NCBI GenBank assembly: GCA_010405405.1
Contig: MU004246.1
Span: 62,001-126,000, forward strand
Direction of reading: 5' to 3'
From: Microthyrium microscopicum
Taxonomy: Eukaryota
DNA length: 64,000 bases
Shown: piece after piece, positions 8,422 to 20,948 of the stretch
Layout of the letters: each line of letters starts with the position of its first letter
Position numbering within the stretch: position 1 is the first letter of the stretch
Translations under genes and position numbers: made by a program
Notes under the pieces: generated by a model
The model's database searches: none
What the model saw: the letters and a program-made list of their open reading frames with translations, nothing else
Told to the model about the DNA's origin: nothing

Positions 8422-11400
8422 GAAAATTGGGTTGGGATTTTGTGTATATATAGTAAATGTTGTGTTTTGGATGGAATTTCTTGAGGATAAAGATATGAGG
8501 TAAGTAAGGTTATGGGAATTGTTGGAAATAAGGTTATAGATAGTGGATTTTGGATTAATGACATTGTCGCTTATATGGAAAGTCTTTTCTATACTACTGA
8601 CTCTTGAGGTGCGACAAGAAGAATAGACGTCAAATAACTTAGTGTCATAAAGCGCCAGTTGCCGTGTACGCTTTTCAGAAAGCACACTGTCGCCACTGAA
8701 ATACAGACCAACGATGAGCAACTTGAAATGTTTGAAATAAACCATAGTATAAATAAACAAGTAAAAGATCGAAAGAACAAACTTCAACCAGAAGAAACAC
8801 GATGCGTCAAGAAGTGAGAACTCATTATAAAAAGAGAGCAAGTGTGTTAAAACTAGACTTATGCGAGCTACAGTACAATAGAGTATTCCTGGTCCTTTTC
8901 GAAGCATCCGGGGAAGTTTAACCACATGCCAGCCACGTGGTGCTAGACGCTCGTGTTTCAAGAGCCTTGTACTCATGGAGTTCTTATATACAGCGGGTCC
9001 GAGTAAGCAATCGGCCAGTGTTACTCTCCATACACAGGTAATTCAAGAACAAGTTGCGACAGCGCCATCAACCCGTAGCACCAGCAGGTATTAGTTGATA
9101 TCATATGTATGAAATATTCAGTTCTCTAAATATCTCAACCGTAGACTACAAAATGCTAGCCAACCACGTGGCAATGAATCCCTACTTTGTGGAGAAGCTA
9201 GAACAATAATTAAGCCACTCCTCGAGCCGAAACAAGTTCAGTCTGGCCATGGATCGAAGAAACGGTAAACAAGCATTATCTACCTTGCAGAAACAACAAA
9301 TCCGCTTAAGCACCAACCTTTCGCTTACCACTTTCTGCCTGTTTAAGTCTAATGGTAAACATCGATTGTGTCGTCATGAAATCAGAAGTTTATACAGCTG
9401 TGCATAGCTGGTTTATATCGTGCATGGTCCATGACAGGTTGGAATAGGAAGCTTAAATCAGCCCGCAGTTTTGGTTCGTTAGCATGCAAGTAAATTGGCG
9501 CCAATCGGGCCTTTGAGTTAGCTGCCATGGACATCACCAGTATTTTAACATGCAATTTCTTGTTGCCCATGGGCCTGCAACCGCATGACAAAATAACTGG
9601 CGTTCTCCCATCAACTTCGCTGGCTTCCCCGAAAACTTTCAATTAAGAGGTGTTATACTTTCCATCGCATTCGATAAACTATCCAAGTCTGGACGCCATA
9701 AATAATAAATTAAGTACTCAATACCAAAGCGTGTTGTGTAGGAGCTCTCGAAGTCGATGGGGGCACGCCATTTATTTTGTCCATTGGTTGGCCTGTTAGA
9801 CCAATTGGGCCCCTTGCTAGGTGACCTCATTGATGTGTCGAATGTCAATGGATTTGATTGGTGAAGAGGCTTGGATGATTAGGAGCAGCGGAGCATTGGG
9901 CCAATGAGAAACGACTTAGCTAATGTATGGTTCATAGTGGTGCGATCAACAGTGGTGATCGATCGAGTGTCACTGTTGCATTTGCTGGAGAAGTTTACAT
10001 CCGAGAGGGTTAAATTGTCGTGTAATTGAAGTCATTGGTTAAGGTAGATAGCGGAATGATATCGTGGCCGGAAAAGGTAATTACCACTGAAACTGTTGGA
10101 GGGCGTTGTCTGGGGTGGTTGCCGGTTTTGGATTGCCAAGTTTCCTTCCTTGCAGGTTTTGCGGTGTGGACAAGCCTGATATCATAGATAGTAGATTGGC
10201 GATTTTCAAGGTTTCAACAAGATACACGAGATATAATGTTTTTCTTGAAGGAATCATCATTTTTTGGCGAATTGATACTGTACAGCAACATCGAAAACAA
10301 ACACCAAAAATGAACAGTCGATAGATAGAGGTTGGGGAATTCCAAATTTAACTTTTGACCTTTCCGCAAACAGCTCCTGCTCCACGTGGTAGGCTGGCCT
10401 GCTATGCTTTGTTCCTTCCTTCCTTCCAAGTTGTCGCTAATCGCATGGGAAGGAGCCATTTTAGGGAACCACGAGTTGGCACTTGCAGCCTTTCCATTCT
10501 CCCCACCAGGCCCATTCACTCGCTTATACAATCCTCTACAAACTCTTTTACACGAGAAAGATATTTTCGGCGTACGGTACCTGAAGACGGTAGGGCTGTA
10601 GCAGATACGAGCCTGCAACCGTACCACTGCATGTAACCACTTGAGTCTGGGTAAGTTGTCTTTCTTTGTCTCTAGTCTGGGGCGCAGCACCTCCAATGCG
10701 GCCATCCGCCATCAATTGTGCATGTGAGCATCACCATCATATGCCTCAATATCAATATTTTACTCCACGACATGATTACTATCTCTTCACCCCCTGGCTA
10801 ATTGCTAGTTTCTTCTACAAGCTGCTGACAATCCGTGACCAGATATTGTACAATCTCCACCCTCGATTTAGATCGTAATTTGTACTTCTTGCCCAACTTC
10901 CAGATACTGTGCCCAGGTGGCTCCCAAACGCCACAAGTAACCCGCCACGGACAAACGTGGGCAAGAAGAGTGGAATTGCCTTTCAACCTCCAAAGTATAA
11001 ACTCCACCCAACAGTCTGATCTTCCGGAACAAATAGCCGATTGTTGTTGCTATTTGACGCCTGCCAGGTACGGAAATAGAGGCGTCATTTTTTAAAAACA
11101 GTTTATACCCTCAACTGTCCTCGGAGACTTCTTTGAATCCTTTCACCTGGATATCACCATCTCGATCCCTCCAATCTTTCCTACACTGGGAGAAAGCACT
11201 TGCACCAGACAAAACGTTTCTGACCCACGCAGAGGACCATTAAGCATCTCGTGCTTTCTTTGTTTCCAATAGTGTTTGTTCCATCAACTCAGTATTGTTC
11301 AATACTTGTTGTCCTCCCAATCACCATCGGCCTTGCAACTCCCAACTGCAGCCGCACACCCAGAAATACGGTTACCAAGGCCTGCAAGCGTCCGCGACGA

Positions 11401-11525
11401 GCTGAACTTCTCTGGAACCTAAACCTTTCATTTACCACCCTTCGCCCTTCGCAGCAGCAACGTCAGCTGCTCCATAACTTTTTTCTTTAAACATTTCGTC
11501 TTTCAACGACAACAACCAAAATCCA

Positions 11526-12887
11526 ATGTCTGCCCCTGCAGTTGAATACCCACGGCCACCGATTGGCATGGCTCATGGCCACGCAGGGCTCCAAGGGCTA
11601 CCAGGGCTTCAAATTCACCAAGCTTCTTCTAGACACACGCCCCACCGTCCAATCCCTGCATCCAACTATTCAAACCACTCTCTCCCCAGCCAAAGCCAAC
11701 ATACATCCTATAACCCTCCCCCTTTCCATTTACCTACGAACCGTCCAGTTGCTTCTAGAGCCGTCACCCAGTTACCTCCTCAGCAGCAACAACCACCCTC
11801 TCCACGATTCGCAAACTTTTCTCACCCCGTATTGCAAAAGACACAGAGCGCCTATCACCCACAACCACCGAATCACCGCCAGCTAAGCCAACACTCGCAA
11901 CACTCTCAACGAAGTCAATCCTCTCAATACAGCCAACAAAGTCAGCCCATTCAGCAACACATCTCGCAGCATCAAAACCAACCTCAACGCCAACTCTCCG
12001 CCTCCACAATCGCCAGCTCCTCGTCAATGGCCTCCATAATACCCTCCAACAACTCCAACATGTATCAACCATCCCAATCCCGCCGCACACCCTCAACATC
12101 CTCAAACACCTCTTCCCCACATACCTCCGTCCGCCGCTCATCCTCCTCCCGCTCCTCGAATCCAACCTCCTACGTCGCCCTCCTCCGCAAACAAAAAGCC
12201 ACCGTCTGGTGCGACCGCTCCCAAGCAGAAGACCCACGTATCCAAGCAGCTCAACGCCTCGCCAAAGAGCGCGCCGAACGCGAAGTCGCACTCCTCCCCG
12301 GCCAATCCCACGGCTCATTGGCCGGAAGCCAGCGACGCACACCGCCAAATAGCACAGCTGGTTCATTCACAAGCGGCGTAGCGCGAAAGATTCGACATCA
12401 CGGAGCTACAAAAGCAACCACATTCAACGGAAATATGGCAGGTGCCGGTGTACCCATGCGTCTCAGCGCCAGCGAAGTCGACGATGACGAAGAAGAAGGC
12501 GTCGGTGAACGACTTGAAAGCATGCGGTTGGATAGTGAACCAGACTGGGATGCGCAATTTTACGCTGCTGGCCGAACGGGCAGCAATTTAGGCGCGTTAC
12601 ATGGACGGTCTACGAGTGGTACGAGCGGAGCGAGTGGAATCGGGTCTAGTGCGCATACAAGAATGAGAAGCGCGGAAGCAACGCCGACAAACCACGAAGA
12701 GGCTAAAGCGTCTAGCGATTACTTTGCGGGCCGGAAAGCGGATGAGGCGGAGAGTTCGCCGGAAGAGAATGAGGAGGAGGTGCAGAAGAAGGAGGATGAG
12801 TTAAGGAGACGGGGGAGTGTGGATGATCGGGCGATGACTATGAGTGGGGTGAGGCTGTTTGTTGCGAATCCAGACCTGGACGATTGA
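11526..12887 (+). CDS. Conserved fungal low-complexity protein of unknown function (453 aa)
   Basis: Long ORF with Q/S/P-rich N-half and the motifs SYVALLRKQKATVWCDR and ELRRRGSVDDRAMTMSGVRLFVANPD, which I recall from Pezizomycotina hypothetical proteins. Confidence 0.8.
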   Translation: MSAPAVEYPRPPIGMAHGHAGLQGLPGLQIHQASSRHTPHRPIPASNYSNHSLPSQSQHTSYNPPPFHLPTNRPVASRAVTQLPPQQQQPPSPRFANFSHPVLQKTQSAYHPQPPNHRQLSQHSQHSQRSQSSQYSQQSQPIQQHISQHQNQPQRQLSASTIASSSSMASIIPSNNSNMYQPSQSRRTPSTSSNTSSPHTSVRRSSSSRSSNPTSYVALLRKQKATVWCDRSQAEDPRIQAAQRLAKERAEREVALLPGQSHGSLAGSQRRTPPNSTAGSFTSGVARKIRHHGATKATTFNGNMAGAGVPMRLSASEVDDDEEEGVGERLESMRLDSEPDWDAQFYAAGRTGSNLGALHGRSTSGTSGASGIGSSAHTRMRSAEATPTNHEEAKASSDYFAGRKADEAESSPEENEEEVQKKEDELRRRGSVDDRAMTMSGVRLFVANPDLDD

Positions 12888-13318
12888 TTCTGCATGATGG
12901 TTGAGAGTGGTTGTGTATTTATCTTTAGCATGGGCTTTGAAGTGAGTGGAGGGAAGTAATAAAGTCATCTGACGACAACATGCGTCAGGATGCTGGGCTG
13001 AGGGAGGCTTCTGTTGGTTTTGACTGTTTAACTTGTGTCTATTGTTCGAAATACCCCAGTTTGTCGAACGAGAGAAATATATATTATGCATACCTTGCTT
13101 CCTTCGTACATAAGCATACTATGTGCCATGAATACAATTCAATATCCACACCAAGCAACAAAACTTGTGAGTTAAAAAATAACAGTGAATTCCAAATCAT
13201 GAACCTACACAGGTACTAGAAGAAAGCCTTTAAGCTATTAAAAGCCCGCACAATCCCAATCAATACCCACCCGCACCAAATCCAACAGCTCCATGCTCAA
13301 AACTCAAACCGCCCCTAT

Positions 13319-16300
13319 TCACTTATCACAGGATCCTCCAGGGAAGAAATGGTACTTCAAATGCGGCGCACGACGTACAAATTCCTCCCTATCCTCCCAC
13401 CACTTCTTCTCCTTGGTTGCGTTCTCCCCCTCCTTCTCCTTAGCCTGCACTGAGGGAACTTCCACACAATTTTGCGTCCTCTGCTGTATCGTCTCCTGAT
13501 TTGTGGGTTTAGGATCATGACTTGACGGTGCGAGCTCGAAAGCCAGTGGCTCGTCTGTGTTCCGGCGATCGTTGGTGCTGGCTTGTTCGGCTTGTGCTTT
13601 GAGGGATGCGTTTGCTTTGGCTTGGTTTTGTTTGCGAGATGCCCACCAGGTATTTGCGTCAGTCGGCGGTACCTTTGGGTGAGGGTTGATCGTCGATCCG
13701 TTTAAAGGACCAAGACCAATGAGATGAGCTGGTGGAATCGGTGCCTCCTCATCCGAGAGGTTACTTGGTCCTGGCGCGAATGGTGTCCGGGAACTTTGCG
13801 CGCGGTTGAGTTGTTGATAGAGCGGTTCAACGGACGTCCGATTATCGTTGACTGGTTCCCATGAATCCCGCATCGGATGACCGCGTGCAAAAGGACTAGG
13901 TGCCTGTTGACTAGGCGCACTCGCGCTATCAGAGCCGCCGCTATGGCTTCCATCAACACTCATGGTGCTGCGCGGGCTGATACCGCCAATCGGACGCTCA
14001 CGTGGTGCGTAGGATGGTCGGGATGCGTATGGTGAGTTGCGCGGTGGTGGATGGGCTGAGGGACCTTCGTCGTTGTAGGCGTCTGGTTCCATTGGTCTCT
14101 TGATACCCCTGATGGGAAGGGAGAAACTGAAAGGAGCATAGAAGGGACCAGTAGCGGCAGCAGTGGCAGGCGCTTCAGTATCAATGTCCATCGGGTAGCC
14201 CAAGGTTGGAAAATCAACGCAGACTGGCAAGTCATCATCATCCCATTCTACACTTTCAATGGAGTTGGAGTCAGAGGTGTTAGTGTCCTGAGTACCAGAG
14301 CTCTCATCAGACAATCGGCGGGATGCAAAGATATCTTCAAAGACGGCTGTTTCCTCGCGGTCTTGTGCGGATTGGACGTAGCCGATCTCTTTGGCTTGGA
14401 CGGCGGAGTCCCAATTTTGCTTGATTTCGGCTTGGTCGGGCAGTGGAATCTCTTGTTTGCTTGGGGATTCTGTCGAGGGCTGAACAAGTCCCGCGGATTT
14501 CGAGTGGTCAATTGGGCCGGCCTGTTCGTTGCTTCCCAACCAGCTGCCGTTTGGCACGAGGTCACTCAAATGGAGTTCATACTTCCTCGGGTTGTACCCT
14601 GCGTGTACAAGCGCAGAAGTCGAACTCGAAGCTGTAGACTCTAGGCGAAATCTCGCTGCTGCCGCCAAACGACTTGATTTGGCTTCAGCATTTGCCCGAT
14701 TCCGCTGTTCATGCTCATGGGCAGAAACCTGAAAATCCGGTCTGCTCCATTGTCTGCTCGTCCTCTGTGTTTCGGCTTGACCCACGTTCTGACTTCCAGC
14801 ATTCTGACGGTCCATCGGACGGGGAGAAGACATGGTGGGTGTCTCAGTATTGCCCGGGGCCTCGTGGGCAGTACGAAGTCCACGCTCGGCTGTACCAAAG
14901 AGCAGGAAGTCTTCCAGACCGTCCCAATCACCCCCATCGTTGTAAGGAACATAGAATTCAGGACTCGCAGGAGACCAATGATTCTCTGGGGCATCAGGAA
15001 GTTCAGGCATTACCACCGGTCCCGGACTTGCAGAGTCCCGAGAAGCATCGTCCCGACGCCTAACGTCGTGAACAATACCGAACGGGCTCCGCGTCCGACG
15101 ACTTTGCTGATCATTGACTTGGCTTGCTTGTGTCTCTTGAGCAGCCAACCTTCCACGCTCGGCCTGACCAACAGCCTGAGTAGCAACTGGGACGTTCGTA
15201 TCTGTAGCCATACCTCCCTGGTTGTAACGCAGATCCATCTGGTACGAAGCACCACCACCATGCTGAATAGTCTCGCCCTCACCGAGAGCCAAATCTACAG
15301 TGCGCATATTTTGGATATCCGAAATTTCGGAAAGAAGGCGTTGACTGTGAATGGGACGTTTACCGATTATTGGACGTTTGCCTTTGCCACGACCGGTGCT
15401 GACTGTCTGTTTATCGTAGCGACGAGATGTCAAGTATGAGGATGAGGTTTTCTTTCCGCTCAAAGGAAACTTTTCACCGCTGGGTGTGCGGTGTTGGATG
15501 TGAGGCGGCGGCTTTTCCGCGCTTGGTGTACGGTGTTGGATGTGAGCGCTGTAGATCTGGACAGAGCTGTCTTGAGGAGGAATTTGATGACTAGAAATTG
15601 GAAAGGTGGAAAATTGATGGGTGGGAATTTGCTGCGTAGCCTGCGTAGGAGTTTGGTGCGTAGGCACTGCAGGAAAATCAGGCAAACGTGTTCGTTGTCC
15701 GTTATAACGACTGGTAGGAAACGCCTTCGGGACCGCAGAAATCGTTCGCCCAGAAGACGGATGATCCAAGGGTGGTGTTGGACTCTTATTTCTGTGCGAG
15801 CGGAGGGTGGGTGAATCAGGCGATGCAGTGATGGATGCGTTGTCGATGAATGGGTTTTCGATGATGGATGATTGATCTATGGATGATTCTGTGGTATAAT
15901 CACCGAGTAGAGTTTGGGCCTCGCTTGCCAATACTTGGTCCTCACGGGTGCGGTAATGGTTGGCTTGAGAGGAGCTGGACTGGTTTTCGCTGCTGTGATA
16001 TGAGCTGGCCTGGTAAGACTCGGTTGTCGTAGGACAATATTGAGGAAATAGATTACTGATGTGGTCTTCAGAAAGATCAGAGCTGTGAAGAATATCGTCG
16101 TGCCAAGAAGCCAGAGTGGCCAGATCAGACTGTCGAGAATCTGGGAGACCAGAGTCACTAGTGTCGTCGTAGGAGTGGCGATGTACCGCTTGAAGCATCT
16201 GGATATGTTGTTCGCGGCCTAAAAGTCGTCCTTCACTGAACACGTTGTCTCTGAATACGTCGTCTTGGGGGTTAGGCTGTGGAAAAGATATAGGAAAGTT

Positions 16301-18091
16301 TGGGTTGCGGGTATAGCTATCTTGGGTATATGCTCTTGGTCGATTTGGCAAATTTACGTTTGCGGGTTGTGGTGGTTGCCAATAATTTGGATTTGCGATG
16401 GGACTCTGGACAAAGAAAGTTTAGTTAGCACCACGACAAAGACTTTGAGGCGGGGGTTCGACTGTGGAATGCTGGTAGACTTACTTTGTTCACCTTGTCT
16501 GATCTGGAGGCTGGTTCCTCTACCTTGAGATTACGTTCTTGTTGGACGATGCGTCGCAGGTTCTCATCAGCCCAGTGCTTGAGCTTTCTCGCCTTCTGGA
16601 TACTCATCTCCTGATCAAGTGGAGGCATTTCATCCTGCTGGACATTATAGTTCTTTGTTCGTGGAGTGCTTCGCAGCGGAGAGATCGGAGTAAACTGCTC
16701 CTCCGTCTTGGTACCACGAAATTGTCTGCGTGCCGAACTTGCCTCGATTGCCTCGACCGGTGGAGGAGAGTCATTGTCCCAAAAACTGCGGACACTTCGC
16801 ATTGGAAGCCCACTCGGAGCACTGCCCATCATCCGAATTTCCACATTCTCGGGCCTCATATCTTCCAGCTTTAATTTGGGCGCGACAAAGGCCTTGTGAA
16901 CAGAGACATCTTGGTATGATCTAGCAACGCCATCATGATTATCCATTGCCGCGCGTTCAAAGTCAGAGCGACCTCTACCTTGCACTCTGGAACTGCCCGT
17001 TGATACTGCACGTAGCGGATTGATGGGAACCCTTAGGGTGGCGCGGTTGGGTGGGCGAGCGCGCATAGTTTTGGCTTTTGGTACGCTTGACGGGTGGTTA
17101 CGAGGACTCTCAGGTCGAAAAGGTTGTTTTGCCTTGCGGCGGGATGAAGTACAGGTTTTGACTGCAGTTGGTGGAGAAGACTTGAGAGGCTTTGGAGGCG
17201 GGCTTACAACCGCAGGTTTATCGTGAACGATCTTGACTCGATAGACTCGTTCGAGACGAATATTCTCTGGAAAATGCTTGAGAACAGTGACCGTTGCAAG
17301 GCCCCAATCATTGCATGTATAGTTGATATCGAGAGGGAATAATGGAACCTCATTGGCGAGGACAGGCTCCCTAAATAGGGGCTGCTGAAGGGTATGATCC
17401 CAATTGATGAAGTCGAGTTCGTGAGGTGTATGTTGAATAATCCCGAAAATATACAGCTTTTTGGCGCGCTCTTGGTTATCGTCGAGATCATCTTCATCTC
17501 CCCAGTCGACGAATGCTTCAAATCGAACTTGGAATAGACAGACGCCCGTATCATTTTGGCTGAAAAAGTCAAAGGTGCGGAGGAAGTTTGTGATTGCTGC
17601 AGTGGGATCTGAAGCATTCAACAGCCAGGTTAGATGAGCGCCATATACTTCATGGTATTGTAGCATGAAGCCAGCGAGTTCGTGGAGAGGAGTGGCGATT
17701 TGGCGACGACCGAGACTGTTGACGAAGTCGCGCATTCGGTATAATGTCTCCAGTGCAGGAAGATTATCTATAACAAATCAGCTTTTAAACTTGAATAGAG
17801 GCGAGTGAGAAACATGCCAACATCCTTCACCTCCTCAATGAAAATTGATATCAACAACTCTTCAATATGGCTCTCTAACGCGATCTTTGTCGCTCGCTCC
17901 CAGAAAAGAATTTCATGAGCATGGGCAACAGAGAGACCCTTCCAAGTCGCAACAATATCCAGGTGTTCGACTTGTTGATGGTAAGTATTGAAGCCGTTGT
18001 TGTCAAAAGATCGCAAAGTCGGACGATAAACATCCAATACACCGACTCGTTGAGGGAGCGAAGAACTGCTGATCTCTACACTGAGAGACAT
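13319..18091 (-). CDS. Large, mostly disordered hypothetical protein (~1547 aa, 3 exons joining three ORF-track ORFs)
   Basis: Exons 18091-17818, 17767-16485 and 16405-13319. Intron 17817-17768 (GCATGT...CTGAT...TAG) and intron 16484-16406 (GTAAGT...CTAAC...CAG) both preserve frame. Confidence 0.7.
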
Positions 18092-18410
18092 TATTGGCGA
18101 AGCTGTAGATGTAGAGGACTGTAGTATGGTAGTATGAGGTGGATGCGATGTGATTTGATGCGTAAGGAAAATTTATTTGCAACTATGGATTGCGAAAGAA
18201 GATGACGATGAAGTGTTTGATGTGATACTCTAAGATAGAGTAGAGTGCAAGCGAAGATGTGGTCTCCTGGCCCTTGCGGATGGGAGGTAAACACCAGTGG
18301 TCCCCTGAGGGAGTGTTCCTTCTAATAATATATTCCTCCATCTGGAGAGAAGGCGTGGTCCTAGATCTTAGTGGTGATAGCTGCCAACACCGAAGCAAAC
18401 ATTGAAAAGT

Positions 18411-19856
18411 CTAAACAGCATCCATCGTAGCCCGTGTTGTGATGTGTTCATTCTTATTCCCCAGCTTTGAGATTTGCAAAAACGCATCGACGCCATATCC
18501 CTCTAGACTGTGAATCTCTAGACTGCCTGCCCAATATTCAGCATATATTTTGCTCATCGGCAGACCGATTCCAAGCTTCATGTCTGGAGATCTGCTGGCA
18601 AGAGAACTCAATGAGCTGTCTCTTCTTAAATTGGTAACTGCGCCTTGCGTATTTGTTCGGCCTTTCTGTGGTGGCCCTTTGAGTTCTTGCATCGTTGCTG
18701 CTAAACGTGGTACCTGGTTCAGATTCTTGAGACGGACAGCGCGATGGGGTCCTTTGCTAAAGGACCACAAATGCGGAAGGACATCTCGTGGGATACCACC
18801 ACCACGATCGCTGATGCGCATGATTACGTGCTGTGGTGTTTCGCAGATTAGGACATCGATTGGTGATGGAGGTGTCGTTTGATTGCATGAGGCGAGTTGT
18901 TCGATCGTTGCTTGGATTGAATTTCGTAGGAGTTCGCCAATGATGTATTCTAGATGGCTTAAGATGTATGGAAAAGTGGCATCCAGGTGTCCTTGGATAT
19001 GGATTTCTGGGATTTGGCAATCAAGGCCATACATTTTTTGCATCAAATCGCGGGTTACTTTGGCGCAGCCTTCGATGACTTCTCTGGCATTGCAGCGAAG
19101 GAATATCTCGCCGACGTGGTCGGCATTATTGGGGTCGTCATGTATTTCAGCGCCAGGATATTGCCATAGCTCATGGAACGTATCTGAGAGGGCGATATGT
19201 TGCTCGGCAATTACACGTCGAGAGATGCGCTGATAGGGTCAGAGGCTGTATGTAAAATCCAAAGTGAACTTACGGAGCGAAGTAGAGTTGTGACAAACTT
19301 GTCAACCGAATCAGGCTTCATGTAATCCTGAACTTCTATCACACCTCTCACTAGCCGTGGAATGACAGTCAGATGCTCTTTGAGAGTCTCTTTTACAACG
19401 GCACAGAACTTGTCATTTTGTTCTATGGTCTTCACTTCTGGGATTTTACGAAACCTTTCAAAAGCCTTGTAGTAAAGTTCGTAGACATGTGACAGATTGT
19501 CGTTTGTAAGAACAATATATGGCAATGTCTGCATGTCCCTCAGACGATGGGCAATCCTAGCAGCTGTCAGATAGTATCAAAAGCCAAAGATCTGAAGCTA
19601 ACCTTGTGGGAAGTTCGGTCCTGACATAATTTGCCGAATTCAACAAGCGATCTTCAGTCAGAGTTCGACCAAAGAAAGTGAGTTGTCTGAGGCTGATGGG
19701 CCTGGCATCTCTCTGTACCCATTCATCTAGAGCAAACGAAGGTCGCCAGGGTGGAGTCTTTCTGGTGCTGTATCTGCGAGTGGTGACGCATGAATGAACA
19801 TGGCTGCATCCGATGTTTGACAGCCTCTTCTGGGCTGTCCTACCAAGATGTAGCAT
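18411..19856 (-). CDS. Mitochondrial pyruvate/branched-chain alpha-ketoacid dehydrogenase kinase family protein (2 introns)
   Basis: RPISLRQL..FGR, SANYVRTELPTR; GHKL boxes ELLRNS, RISDRGGGI, GIGLPMSKIYAEYWAG, SLEGYGVD. Confidence 0.92.
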
Positions 19857-20948
19857 AGCAGTATCAGAAGGCTTGCCAATTGACAGATCCCGATGAAGAA
19901 GGGACGGTCAGCTATCAAGAGTTACAATGAGATCATGACTTCCAATGGTAGTATAGATCCAGATAGTAACACCAGATGGTAACAATCAATCGGGCTGAAG
20001 ACTGTGATATCGCCCGTTTCTGCAGGCGCGAATGACTGTATGCAGCGTGGCAGGTAGTGTGAAGCCTGGTCAACCTCACTGAATGGGCCAAGTGAGGGCT
20101 GATATGGAGACAATAGCTCTGAATATACCCAGGCAGCAGTGAAATACTGTTGGTGATACTTTTTCAAAAGAATATAAGCCCAGGCAATCTTCCTTCAGAT
20201 CTTGCAGTTGGATAATCCTGTGATCCCATGCTCTTAGCAGATCTGAGATTGTTTGCACCACACCAACAATCTGCTGTGACACAGTAAAATCGCGACAAGA
20301 AACACAAAACCAAAGCTCAATAAGGTACTCTAGCGCATCACGAAAGAAAGACAAAAGACAGGTAAGCAAGAGAGAGGATTTGGCAAAGAGCGCGATTAAG
20401 ATCAGTATCAAGAAGTCTGAGCGCAGTCGTCGTCTGGTCAAGCTAGAGGCTAGAGCTCTTTGGTGTTGACAACATTGGCTGACCGATTGACAGTCCCGAC
20501 TAAAGTGCAGTCCAAGATACCCCACAGCGCCACTGACGCCACTGTTTTGCTAGGCCTTGATCGCTCCTGCTGCTAGTGTGAATCACCAAGATCCCCTGCA
20601 GTATAACAGGGTATCTGCGGTAAGGTTGCTCCAAAGTCGTCTTATGATTCCTTGCACGGCTTGATTCTGAGTCCTTGGTCTACTTCACCACCATCCATCT
20701 CTGTCCCCGCCTTCATTGCTTGCTGGCTAAACACCAACTCCATTTCTTCTTCAGCCCAGCGCTGCTTCATCTCCCCTTTCTCTCAGGCATTATCTCTTCC
20801 ATCCCTTTCTCCGGCGCATTCAAGCAGCACTTCCTCGTCCACACCTCTCCACATTCTGACCGCTGCTCCGCCTGTTGCCGCAACATACTCTCAATCCCCA
20901 CCAATATCACCTCCAATCCTTCTCGCAACAACAACTTCAGTTGCAAAT

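Noticed and set aside
8347..8976. 209-aa ORF (and 98-aa ORF 59519-59815) sharing the peptide TTFTIYTQNP..FKTQNSVRVRPSFGSNLCACW
   Set aside because: The shared peptide comes from nucleotide identity with no synonymous change in the core and spans a TATA box; the rest of the ORFs is unrelated. Better explained by the ncRNA.
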